Shown here piece by piece: positions 30,165 through 39,171 of a stretch of DNA of 64,000 nucleotides; the first letter of the stretch is position 1, and the number at the start of each line of letters is the position of its first letter. The notes under the pieces are model-generated. The model did no database searches. It was given only the letters and a program-made list of their open reading frames with translations, and was not told the origin of the DNA. The DNA comes from Alphaproteobacteria bacterium (GTDB taxonomy: Bacteria > Pseudomonadota > Alphaproteobacteria > Paracaedibacterales > CAITNM01): NCBI GenBank assembly GCA_947487955.1, contig CANKYV010000003.1:15165-79164 (forward strand), in the 5' to 3' direction. A program made the position numbers and the translations under genes.

Positions 30165-31696
30165 TATTTAACCGAGTACAATATATATGAAGCATTTTCT
30201 GATATCTTATTCAACGAGCTATAATTATAAGACCAATCACAATGAATTTTTATTTGATCATCCATATTTTTATCAACTAACACATGAGTTATAGAATAGC
30301 GAGTAAAAATTTCATCCCACTCATGCTTTAAAAAAGGCGGATCAGAAACAACTGTTTTCATATATTTTAGCGGGAATCTAACTCCTTGGTGAGAAAGCGC
30401 TTTACAACCTTTTCTTACAACAACAGCAGATCCAAGAGTATGTGGCACACAAAAAAAAGTATCATTTATTGAAAATGAGTGTTCATTTAAAATATCATCC
30501 AACAAATCTTTCTCTGGTATTTTAACATTCTTATTATAACGAATATAGATAATTATATTAAACAATGAATACAATAGGATCAGAGACATTATAATTGCTT
30601 GCTCTTCAGATTGCTGGAAAAACATTACAAACAGGAAAGGATTAAAAAATTTCAATAAATAATGAGGATATCTCTCACCTTCTCCGATAAAATTAAATTT
30701 TTTCGATGCTGTAATAGCATATAAAATCATGGGAATTATGAAAAATTTCAAATCAAGCGAACTATTATTTATGAATATTTCACAGAGAAATAAAAATAAG
30801 ACTTCTGGATTTTCCCAGAAAAATTTTATTGGTGGTCTGGAATAAAATAAATATAAAAACTGACCAAATGTTTTAACAGAAAGCATTTCACGAAAATCAG
30901 GATAGCCCTTACTAAGAATCACTTTTTTCATGAAAGTACCATTCTTATAAAACTTACAATAAGTCTTTAAAAAGTCAATCTGCTGCGCAATTCCTTTATT
31001 CAAATATTTACCATTTAATAAAGTTGCTACTATGTAAGAGGTTAATAGAAATCCTATCGGTACAAAGCTAATTGTAAAAATCGAGAGTAAGACTGATGAA
31101 AAAATAATCGCTTGTCGTGAAAATAGAGAAACAACCCAACATATAGAGCCAAAAAATATTATACAAAATGCAGAAAATGTATCTTGAAAAATAATAAAAA
31201 AATACAAAGATAAGTAATAGAAACTAGAAGATAAGCCCGCTAAAAACCTTTCAGATAGCATAATATTTAATATTTTATCTCCTTTTAAAATATATTGATG
31301 TGGCTGCAAAAATAAGAATAGAGTAAAAATAATAGTTTTTTCAAAAGCATTTCCTGAATAATATTTACTAAAAATATAAAATATATAACAGCAGAGAAAT
31401 CCATGAATAAACAAGCTAATAAGTAAATTAGGAAGAAATTGTTTTTTCTTTATTGTTTTTAAGTTAAAAAATGAGCATAACCAATGAAAAAATTTGGGAT
31501 ATGTGTCCAAACCATCTCTCATAATTAATTTAGGTATCCCTTCATATTTACTATTTTCTTTGAATTCTTGGACCATTAAAAAATGCCAAGATGTATCTCC
31601 TATAAAAGCCCTGCTGAACCATTTTTTATGTAAAAATGCAAGTATTATGTAAAAAAAGAAAGAGCATGCTATACCAAGCAAGAACGCTTTATACAT
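30164..31696 (-). CDS. Polytopic integral membrane protein of unknown function (candidate glycan polymerase, ligase or GT-C)
   Basis: 510 aa with more than 10 hydrophobic segments and F/I/L/Y-rich composition. Embedded in the glycan locus. I recognise no diagnostic motif. Confidence 0.5.
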   Translation of the reverse strand: MYKAFLLGIACSFFFYIILAFLHKKWFSRAFIGDTSWHFLMVQEFKENSKYEGIPKLIMRDGLDTYPKFFHWLCSFFNLKTIKKKQFLPNLLISLFIHGFLCCYIFYIFSKYYSGNAFEKTIIFTLFLFLQPHQYILKGDKILNIMLSERFLAGLSSSFYYLSLYFFIIFQDTFSAFCIIFFGSICWVVSLFSRQAIIFSSVLLSIFTISFVPIGFLLTSYIVATLLNGKYLNKGIAQQIDFLKTYCKFYKNGTFMKKVILSKGYPDFREMLSVKTFGQFLYLFYSRPPIKFFWENPEVLFLFLCEIFINNSSLDLKFFIIPMILYAITASKKFNFIGEGERYPHYLLKFFNPFLFVMFFQQSEEQAIIMSLILLYSLFNIIIYIRYNKNVKIPEKDLLDDILNEHSFSINDTFFCVPHTLGSAVVVRKGCKALSHQGVRFPLKYMKTVVSDPPFLKHEWDEIFTRYSITHVLVDKNMDDQIKIHCDWSYNYSSLNKISENASYILYSVK

Positions 31697-32453
31697 TTTT
31701 TACGCCTATAACTTCATAAATACCCACGTCGCCCAAGTATTCTTTTTGAAAAAATACGTCTTTATTGTTTGGATTGCCTAATAATCCTTCACCATCCCAT
31801 TTAATATCTTGCAAACCTAATTTTTCTGCCTCCTTAACTAATTGCTCAGGCTCTATAATAAGGTCACAAGGAAATGAAACATCAAGACCATTGTTATAAT
31901 TGTATGTGTTCTTCCAAGAATTGGCTGCAAGTAATTGTGGGTTATAATCGTCTGTTTTGTTATGCGCTGTATACCATAAATGTTTGTACCACCCAAAACC
32001 ATTAGCATTCACATATAATGCACCTCCTGGTTTTAAAACCCTTATTAATTCTGCTAACGATTTTTTCCAAGGAGTCAAAAATATAACCCCATATGAAAAA
32101 ACCGCATCAAAAAAATTATCCTCGAAGGGAAGCCTATCAATAAATCCATGCTGAACATTGATATTTGAAATGTTTTCTTTTAAAGATAATTCTTTTAAAA
32201 AAGTCACCCTCTCTTGACTTGCATCACATGAATAAACTTCATCATTAAGCTGAGACATAGCAATTGACCACTGCCCAAAACCACAACCGGCATCTAAAAT
32301 TTTTTCTTTATTTACAAACCCATATTGTTTTATACGATTTACGTAGGGAGAAACGCCTTTGTTAAATATTCTCTTTAAAAAATCTTTATCATTTTGCGAT
32401 AAATTAAGATCTTTTATGAATTTTTCTTCACTTACCAAAATTGATACACTCAC
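31689..32453 (-). CDS. Class I SAM-dependent methyltransferase
   Basis: 254 aa. Motif I ILDAGCGFGQWS, and FDAVFSYGVIFL...LKPGG. Confidence 0.85.
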   Translation of the reverse strand: MSVSILVSEEKFIKDLNLSQNDKDFLKRIFNKGVSPYVNRIKQYGFVNKEKILDAGCGFGQWSIAMSQLNDEVYSCDASQERVTFLKELSLKENISNINVQHGFIDRLPFEDNFFDAVFSYGVIFLTPWKKSLAELIRVLKPGGALYVNANGFGWYKHLWYTAHNKTDDYNPQLLAANSWKNTYNYNNGLDVSFPCDLIIEPEQLVKEAEKLGLQDIKWDGEGLLGNPNNKDVFFQKEYLGDVGIYEVIGVKNV

Positions 32454-33141
32454 TTAAAACCCCTACGTTTAAATTTTCTTTACAAGCAATTAGACTGTTC
32501 AACATGACAAGAGCACCAGAAAAATTAGCACGTCTTTTTGTTAAATCTATATCCATTGTTTTGGCCTCTAAAACATCTGCTTTCGCAGCATTATTATAAA
32601 AAATATGAACTGGATGAAAATTTAGAATAATAGGACCTGAAATTTTTTCCAAAAGACTATTCATATGCCATATCGGTTTTTTAACAGCAAATTCCAGATC
32701 ATCTTCCCAATTAAAAATTATTTTATAGATTGATCTTCCTTCATACTCAAATCGATACGGCCTTACATTATCAGCATAAGGTAAATAGGTAGACGCATCG
32801 TATTGAATGCTGGAACATTTTTTCATTATTTCAATAAAATAATTAGAGGTATTATATAAACCATGAGTTCTGACTCCAATAGGGCTAGGAATCCAATCCT
32901 TAAAATAGTTTATAACCACCTCAAAATTTTTTCCATGAGTTGAATTTTCTAAAAAATTTGGATGAATACCAACTTCAAATAATTCTTTTTTATCTATTAT
33001 TTTTTGAACTGCTTCTGAATAATGCGTTACAAAAAAAGTTGCTTTAATTTTATTTTCGATTAGCATATCTATTAAAAAATTTATTTGCTGCTCATTAGCC
33101 CAATCAAGATCAAATGTTGGATATACGTTTCTTTTAGACAA
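32428..33141 (-). CDS. Polysaccharide deacetylase-like protein (WbmS-type, tentative)
   Basis: 237 aa. The N-terminus TFDLDW...KATFFVTH...GIHPNF resembles the NodB-like/WbmS deacetylase pattern. Assignment is from memory of the family only. Confidence 0.4.
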   Translation of the reverse strand: MSKRNVYPTFDLDWANEQQINFLIDMLIENKIKATFFVTHYSEAVQKIIDKKELFEVGIHPNFLENSTHGKNFEVVINYFKDWIPSPIGVRTHGLYNTSNYFIEIMKKCSSIQYDASTYLPYADNVRPYRFEYEGRSIYKIIFNWEDDLEFAVKKPIWHMNSLLEKISGPIILNFHPVHIFYNNAAKADVLEAKTMDIDLTKRRANFSGALVMLNSLIACKENLNVGVLSECINFGK

Positions 33142-34048
33142 AATGCAGCCTTTTATGATTAGATTTCATCAATAATTCTTTTTCTTCGACGTCTTGAAGC
33201 AAAATAGCTCTTTTTGCACAAGATATATATATTTTGTTTTCGATAATCATGATTTGCCCTGGAATGCCGTGTATCTCTATATCAGCAATTGAAGCATCCC
33301 AAATTATAATTCTTTTTTCTTCTAGAAAACTATATGCTCCTGCATAGGGTTTTGAAGAAGCTTTAATTAAACGCAAAATTACTTCAGCATCATCCTTCCA
33401 ATTAATGTGGCTATCTTCAGGGCTTCTTTGCCCACAATAAGACAACAATCCTTCCTGCTCATATTTACGTATTGCACCATCCTGAATTTTTAGCAGTGAT
33501 CGTTGCAGCATTTGTAAAATAGCATCTTCACTTTTTTTAACTAAAGTCCCTATAACATCGCCTTTTTCAATAGAAAACGACATCTGATCATATAATAAGC
33601 CGTCATCAATACCGTCAGACAATTCGAAAAAACTCACTCCTGCTTCTTGATGGCCTAACAAAAGCGCCCAATTCAAAGGTGCCCCGCCTCGAAGTTTAGG
33701 CAACAAAGACGCATGAAAACCGCTACATCCTATTGGAAATATATCACGTAGTTTTTTTGGCATCATATGATACCACCCTACTACTATTGCAAAACTTTCT
33801 TCCGTTTGAAAATTTTTTAAAGCATCAATGGCTGAATCAGCACTTACGTAATTTATAACTGGAATATTTTTCTCTGATGCCCAATGATCTAAATCAACAA
33901 AACGCGCATTGTGAACACCTTCTGGTTTGTAACTAATCTTGAATGTTTGTGGAACAGTAACAACTGCTGCTATTTGATAAGAATTAGTATACAGAAATTC
34001 TGCAACTGATAAGGTTAAATCAGTAGATCCAAATAGTACAATATTCAC
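33134..34048 (-). CDS. Formyltransferase (Fmt/ArnA-N-like sugar N-formyltransferase)
   Basis: 304 aa. Catalytic motif HASLLPKLRGGAPLNWALL plus the C-terminal Fmt-like domain. Located in a sugar-modification context. Confidence 0.85.
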   Translation of the reverse strand: MNIVLFGSTDLTLSVAEFLYTNSYQIAAVVTVPQTFKISYKPEGVHNARFVDLDHWASEKNIPVINYVSADSAIDALKNFQTEESFAIVVGWYHMMPKKLRDIFPIGCSGFHASLLPKLRGGAPLNWALLLGHQEAGVSFFELSDGIDDGLLYDQMSFSIEKGDVIGTLVKKSEDAILQMLQRSLLKIQDGAIRKYEQEGLLSYCGQRSPEDSHINWKDDAEVILRLIKASSKPYAGAYSFLEEKRIIIWDASIADIEIHGIPGQIMIIENKIYISCAKRAILLQDVEEKELLMKSNHKRLHFV

Positions 34049-34051
34049 AAA

Positions 34052-35893
34052 TTAAGACCTTACCATACGTTTGAAAAACTGAATCATATACAACAACGAC
34101 CACACAGCCAGCCGGTTATTTTTTAAACCCGATGTATGTTCATCAAAAATCTTTTTCGCAACACTAAAATCAAAAATTTTAGGAATATTTGAAAATTCTT
34201 TTCTTACAAATTCAATACTTTCTCCCCTGAACCATGAAGCATCAGGAGATGAAAATCCTTGTTTTTTATTCTCAGTCACTTGCTTGTCTAAGTACTTGGA
34301 AAGCGTTTTACGTAAGATAGTTTTTCCCTCTTTGTATGCTTGCTTTTTACTAAATAGATCATTCTCATCAGCATTACTTATGCTATTTGCAATCTTCATA
34401 CTTACAGGAACTTTCATTGAAAAATCAACCAAATCATTATCTAGGAAGGGCACGCGTGTTTCTAAGCCGTGAGCCATACTAAGCTTATCTTCCACAACTA
34501 GCAAACCATGCAAAAATGTTTTTGCCTCTAGATATAAACTGTAATTGATGCATTCATCTGGTGTTAATGTATCTTTTTTAATATTTTTAAATACATCTGC
34601 AAAAACATCGCGCGTCCAAACGTGCTGAACCTCATCCCATATAGGGGCTAATAAATCTTTTAGTAAGCTATTTGGAATAAGCCGTTGCCATTTCAAATAG
34701 TATTGATCAATAAAATGATCAAAACTAATAGACGAATCTGTGTAAAAATACCGCCATGGATAACCTCCAAAAAATTCATCTCCGCCTGCGCCAGAAAGAA
34801 CAACTTTACCAAATTTACTTGCAAGTTTTGCTGCATAATAATTGGGATAACTTTGACCAACACGCGGTTCTTCAAGATGCCAAACATATTTATCCATACA
34901 ACGTTCCATATCGCCCGCTTTCAGCACCATTTCGTAATGTTCTGTTTTAGCAAGGTAGGAAATATGTTCAGCTTTGGCGCGTTCATCGAAAGATAATTCT
35001 AGTCCACTTGCTGAACTTAAATCAAAGCCAATGGTGAACGTTTTCATATGCGGCACGAATTGACCAGCAATCATTGAAATTGCACCTGAATCAATACCTC
35101 CACTCAAGTAGGCGTTGATATGCACATCGCTTACAAGTTGTCGTTGAACAGCCTGTTTAAAAAGACGATCCGTTTCTTCGATTGCTTCGCGTTCTGATAT
35201 TTTGAGAGAACCACAGAAGTTAAAATTCCAGTATTGAGTTTTCTCAATTTTTCCATTTGCTTTTGCATAGGCATAATTGCCAGGCATAAGCATTTTTACA
35301 TCTTGAAAAAGAGTTTTATCTGTAAAGAAATTTTGAAAAGTTAAGTACTCAACTAATCCTTCCTTATCAAGCGTCGATTGGTATAAGTTAGATGCCATAA
35401 TTGCTTTAATTTCAGAAGAAAAAATTAAATGCTGGTCTGTTAAACAGTAGTATAATGGCTTAATTCCATAACGATCGCGCGCTAAAAATAATTGCTTTTC
35501 TTTTTTATCCCAAATAGCAAAAGCAAACATTCCATTGAATTTTTTGACACATTCATGCTGCCATTCAGCAAATGCATTTAAGACAACTTCTGTATCAGTA
35601 TTTGAGTGAAATTGATAACCAAGCGATTCAAGCTGAACGCGTACTTCTTTAAAATTATAAACTTCACCGTTATATGTAATCGTGAAACGACCGTCTCTTG
35701 TTTGCATAGGCTGATGCCCTGCTGGACTTAAATCAATAATAGCAAGACGCCTATGCCCCAAACCAACAAAGCCATCGACATATTGCCCCTCTCCATCCGG
35801 CCCTCTATGAGCAATAATATCCGTCATAGCCTTAATTTGACTATGGGCAACAGGCTGCTTATTAAAATTAAAAATCCCTGCTATTCCGCACAT
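34052..35893 (-). CDS. Asparagine synthase-type glutamine amidotransferase (AsnB-like), paralog 2
   Basis: 613 aa. MCGIAGIF N-terminus, HRGPDG, HRRLAIIDLSPAGHQPM, and PP-loop AYLSGGIDSGA. Confidence 0.9.
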   Translation of the reverse strand: MCGIAGIFNFNKQPVAHSQIKAMTDIIAHRGPDGEGQYVDGFVGLGHRRLAIIDLSPAGHQPMQTRDGRFTITYNGEVYNFKEVRVQLESLGYQFHSNTDTEVVLNAFAEWQHECVKKFNGMFAFAIWDKKEKQLFLARDRYGIKPLYYCLTDQHLIFSSEIKAIMASNLYQSTLDKEGLVEYLTFQNFFTDKTLFQDVKMLMPGNYAYAKANGKIEKTQYWNFNFCGSLKISEREAIEETDRLFKQAVQRQLVSDVHINAYLSGGIDSGAISMIAGQFVPHMKTFTIGFDLSSASGLELSFDERAKAEHISYLAKTEHYEMVLKAGDMERCMDKYVWHLEEPRVGQSYPNYYAAKLASKFGKVVLSGAGGDEFFGGYPWRYFYTDSSISFDHFIDQYYLKWQRLIPNSLLKDLLAPIWDEVQHVWTRDVFADVFKNIKKDTLTPDECINYSLYLEAKTFLHGLLVVEDKLSMAHGLETRVPFLDNDLVDFSMKVPVSMKIANSISNADENDLFSKKQAYKEGKTILRKTLSKYLDKQVTENKKQGFSSPDASWFRGESIEFVRKEFSNIPKIFDFSVAKKIFDEHTSGLKNNRLAVWSLLYMIQFFKRMVRS

Positions 35894-35895
35894 AA

Positions 35896-37059
35896 CTAAA
35901 TAGATTTCAATCCTTCTATCACATAATCAAAATCTTCCTTGGTCATTTTATTGTGAAGTGGAATTGCCATCGTATTTTGATCGCAAGCTTTAGCACCTGG
36001 AAAATCATCAGCCTTAATTCCATATTTATCTTTATAAAAGGTCAGCATATGCACCGCATGCGTTCCTGGACGTGTTGCGATGCCTTTTTGCTGCAAAACA
36101 TCCATCATGTCATTACGTGGCATTGGTGCTATTTTTGGATCAACATAACAAACATAAGCCTGCCATGCATGCTGAGTAATATCCTTTAAAACTGCTTGAG
36201 GTTTTAACCACTCAATAGATTTTAATTGCTCAGTATAATACTCTGCCCAAGTTTGGCGCTCTTTAATAAACGATTGTAGTTTGCCAAGTTGCACTAACCC
36301 TACTGCAGCCTGCAAATCTGTCATACGATAATTAAAACCAAGCATTTTAAAATCAGGTAATAAATAAGGCTTTGCACTATTATGGCGAACTTCTTCTGAA
36401 ATTTCAGCACCGTGATTACGCATAATTTCAGCTAAACGGTTAAGATCTTTATCATTTGCTGTAACCATTCCACCTTCACCTGTTGTAATAGACTTTCGAG
36501 GATGGAAAGAAAAAGCAGCCATATCTCCAAGTGAACCAGCAAATCTACCCTTATAAGAAGCACCTGCAGCGCATGCAGCATCTTCTAGAATTTTCACATG
36601 TGAAGGAATCACAGCACGGATAGCATCAATATCGGCACACAAACCAAATAAATGAACAGGAATAATAGCTTTCGTGCGTTCTGTGATTTTTGATGCGATA
36701 TCTTCAACTTTGATATTAAACGTTGTGATATCAACATCGCAAAAAACAGGAGTAGCACCGCAATACAAAACAACATTTGCCGTTGCCACCCAAGTAAACG
36801 CAGGTACAATTACTTCATCACCAGGCCCAACGCCCATTGCTGCCAAAGCAAGGTGAAGAGCTGTTGTACACGAAGTTACGGCCAGTGCATGATTGACATT
36901 ATGCAGCTTCGAAAATTCTTTTTCAAAAGCAGAAACTTTTGGCCCTTGAGTTAGCCAACCGCTTAATAAAGGCTCCCTTATTGCTTGCCATTCTTCATCA
37001 GAAAGCGCTGGAACTGCAATGGGAATTTTTCTAATTTTTTCAGCTCCTTGTGTCATCAC
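35896..37059 (-). CDS. DegT/DnrJ/EryC1/StrS-family sugar aminotransferase
   Basis: 387 aa. PLP-lysine region AAFSFHPRKSITTGEGG and the family N-terminal pattern LSGWLTQGPKV..FE.EF. Confidence 0.9.
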   Translation of the reverse strand: MMTQGAEKIRKIPIAVPALSDEEWQAIREPLLSGWLTQGPKVSAFEKEFSKLHNVNHALAVTSCTTALHLALAAMGVGPGDEVIVPAFTWVATANVVLYCGATPVFCDVDITTFNIKVEDIASKITERTKAIIPVHLFGLCADIDAIRAVIPSHVKILEDAACAAGASYKGRFAGSLGDMAAFSFHPRKSITTGEGGMVTANDKDLNRLAEIMRNHGAEISEEVRHNSAKPYLLPDFKMLGFNYRMTDLQAAVGLVQLGKLQSFIKERQTWAEYYTEQLKSIEWLKPQAVLKDITQHAWQAYVCYVDPKIAPMPRNDMMDVLQQKGIATRPGTHAVHMLTFYKDKYGIKADDFPGAKACDQNTMAIPLHNKMTKEDFDYVIEGLKSI

Positions 37060-38045
37060 GCTACTTTCTTTCTGCGCATTTCAACTTGCTCAATATGCGT
37101 TTTTCGCCATTCAATAAGTTTTTTCAAACCGTTTTCTAGCGAAACTGTTGATTTAAAACCAATTTGCTCAGCCGCTTTTTTAGGGCAACCTATACGATTT
37201 TTTACAAATGTTAATCCAGCAGGCTCATATTGAACAGAGAGATTGGAATTCGTAACTTTTAAAATCAGTTCTGCTAACTCTTTAATGGATGTTCGAATAC
37301 CTGTACCAACATTATAAAATTCATCCGTCGTATCAGCTTTCATAGCACATACGTTTGCTTTTGCGCAGTCTCCTACGTAAACAAAATCATAAGCTTGGGA
37401 TCCATCTCCATAAAGTGTTGGAGCAATACCTTTATCAAGATTATCTAACATTTTCATAATAACCGCGATATACGCACCACGATAATCCTGACGAGGACCA
37501 TAAACATTCATATACCGAAGCCCAACAAAAGGAAGATTATAGCGATGATAATAAGCACGCGCCATCGCCTCACCAGCAATCTTTGTTGCACCATAAAAAT
37601 TGGTATTGTTAAAGGGATGATCTTCATCCATTGGCTCACAAATAGCATCTCCATAAACTGACGCGGAAGAAGAATAGACAAGACGCTTCACACCTTGCGC
37701 AACACAAGCCTCTAGAATATTAAAAGTACCCTCTACATTTACACTAAAAGCTGATCGAGGAAATTCATGACACTGCAAAAGCCAAAGCGCCGCAAAATGA
37801 AAAACCCCATCAGCGCCTTTAAAAGCTTCGTTCAAAATGTCTGTTTGACAAATATCTCCACCTATTTCAAAAACACGCACACGTGGATCTTTAAGCGCGT
37901 TCTCTATGTTACCGTAAGTGCCACGAACAAAATTATCGTAAATGATTAGCTCTTTAATATCTTCCTTTAAAAGCTCATCAACTGTATGAGAACCTATGAG
38001 CCCTGCACCACCCACTACAACTAATTTTTTACCTTTTAAGTCCAT
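37056..38045 (-). CDS. NAD-dependent nucleotide-sugar epimerase/dehydratase (extended SDR)
   Basis: 329 aa. GGAGLIGSH Rossmann motif and catalytic YGATK (YxxxK). Confidence 0.85.
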   Translation of the reverse strand: MDLKGKKLVVVGGAGLIGSHTVDELLKEDIKELIIYDNFVRGTYGNIENALKDPRVRVFEIGGDICQTDILNEAFKGADGVFHFAALWLLQCHEFPRSAFSVNVEGTFNILEACVAQGVKRLVYSSSASVYGDAICEPMDEDHPFNNTNFYGATKIAGEAMARAYYHRYNLPFVGLRYMNVYGPRQDYRGAYIAVIMKMLDNLDKGIAPTLYGDGSQAYDFVYVGDCAKANVCAMKADTTDEFYNVGTGIRTSIKELAELILKVTNSNLSVQYEPAGLTFVKNRIGCPKKAAEQIGFKSTVSLENGLKKLIEWRKTHIEQVEMRRKKVA

Positions 38046-39156
38046 TTTTCACCGCGCTTACTATTTGGTTAATTTCTGCATTTTTCACATATCCACTCAT
38101 CGGCAAACTTAGCACTTCATTTGCCAGCTCTTCACACACAGGAAGAACGCTTTGAGTAGCAGTTGGATAATGTTTATAGGCTGTTTGCAAATGAAGTGGC
38201 TTTACATAATACACCATGGTTGGAACACCAGCTTCTTTAAGAGCCGTTATGAGCTTATTTCTATCAATATGCTGAGGCAGTCGTATCGTATATTGCGCCC
38301 AAGCAGATGTTACATCTTTCATGACAAAAGGTACCTGCACTATATCTTTCAGCGCTTCACTATATGCATCTGCTGTTTTTTGGCGAGCACTTAATTCATC
38401 AGGAAATATTTTTAATTTTTCTATCAAAATAGCTGCTTGAATTGTATCTAAACGACCATTCATTCCAATACGCACATTGTCGTATTTATCAGATCCTTGC
38501 CCATGCACTCTTAATGATTTAATGATTGATGCCAGTTCATCATCATTAGTGAAAATAGCACCACCATCACCATAACATCCCAGAGGCTTAGCTGGGAAAA
38601 AGCTAGTTGTAGCTAAGTCTCCAATATTTCCAATTTTTCGATCTTTATAAGATGCACCAAAGCTTTGTGCGCCATCTGCCATAACCCACAAATTATGCTC
38701 ATCAGCAATCTCTTGAAGAGCATCATAATCTGCCGGCTGACCAAATAAATCGACTGGAATAATTCCAACAGGATTAAGCCCTAATTTTTTCCCTGTTTGA
38801 ATCCCTTGCCGTAAACTTTTTAGGTCAAGGTTATACGTGTCTTCTAAAGAATCAATAAAAATTGGTGTTGCCCCCATCCATGCAACCACTTCAGCAGTTG
38901 CCGCAAATGTAAACGATGGAACAAAAATCGCATCACCAGGCTTTATATTTTTTGCCATCAATCCTAAACCCAATGCATCAGTTCCATTAGCACAAGAAAT
39001 CGCATGCTTAACACCACAAAATTCAGCTAATTGTTTTTCAAGTTCATAAACTTCTGGCCCCATAATATACGTTCCATGGTCTAAAACGCGCTTAATAGCC
39101 GCGTCAATTTCTGGACGAATACGTTCTTGTTGAGCTTTAAGATCAATAAATTGCAC
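38029..39156 (-). CDS. UDP-2-acetamido-2-deoxy-3-oxo-glucuronate aminotransferase-like (WbpE/WlbC-like DegT aminotransferase)
   Basis: 375 aa. It lines up end-to-end with WbpE as I recall it (FIDLK.Q...I...ID..I.RVL.HG.YI.GPEV.ELE..LA.F.G.K..ISCANGTDAL; TSFFP.KPLGCYGDGGAIFTNDDELA; RLDT.QAAIL). It sits next to the WlbA-WlbB fusion. Confidence 0.8.
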   Translation of the reverse strand: MQFIDLKAQQERIRPEIDAAIKRVLDHGTYIMGPEVYELEKQLAEFCGVKHAISCANGTDALGLGLMAKNIKPGDAIFVPSFTFAATAEVVAWMGATPIFIDSLEDTYNLDLKSLRQGIQTGKKLGLNPVGIIPVDLFGQPADYDALQEIADEHNLWVMADGAQSFGASYKDRKIGNIGDLATTSFFPAKPLGCYGDGGAIFTNDDELASIIKSLRVHGQGSDKYDNVRIGMNGRLDTIQAAILIEKLKIFPDELSARQKTADAYSEALKDIVQVPFVMKDVTSAWAQYTIRLPQHIDRNKLITALKEAGVPTMVYYVKPLHLQTAYKHYPTATQSVLPVCEELANEVLSLPMSGYVKNAEINQIVSAVKNGLKR

Positions 39157-39171
39157 GATTTTACCTTAATG

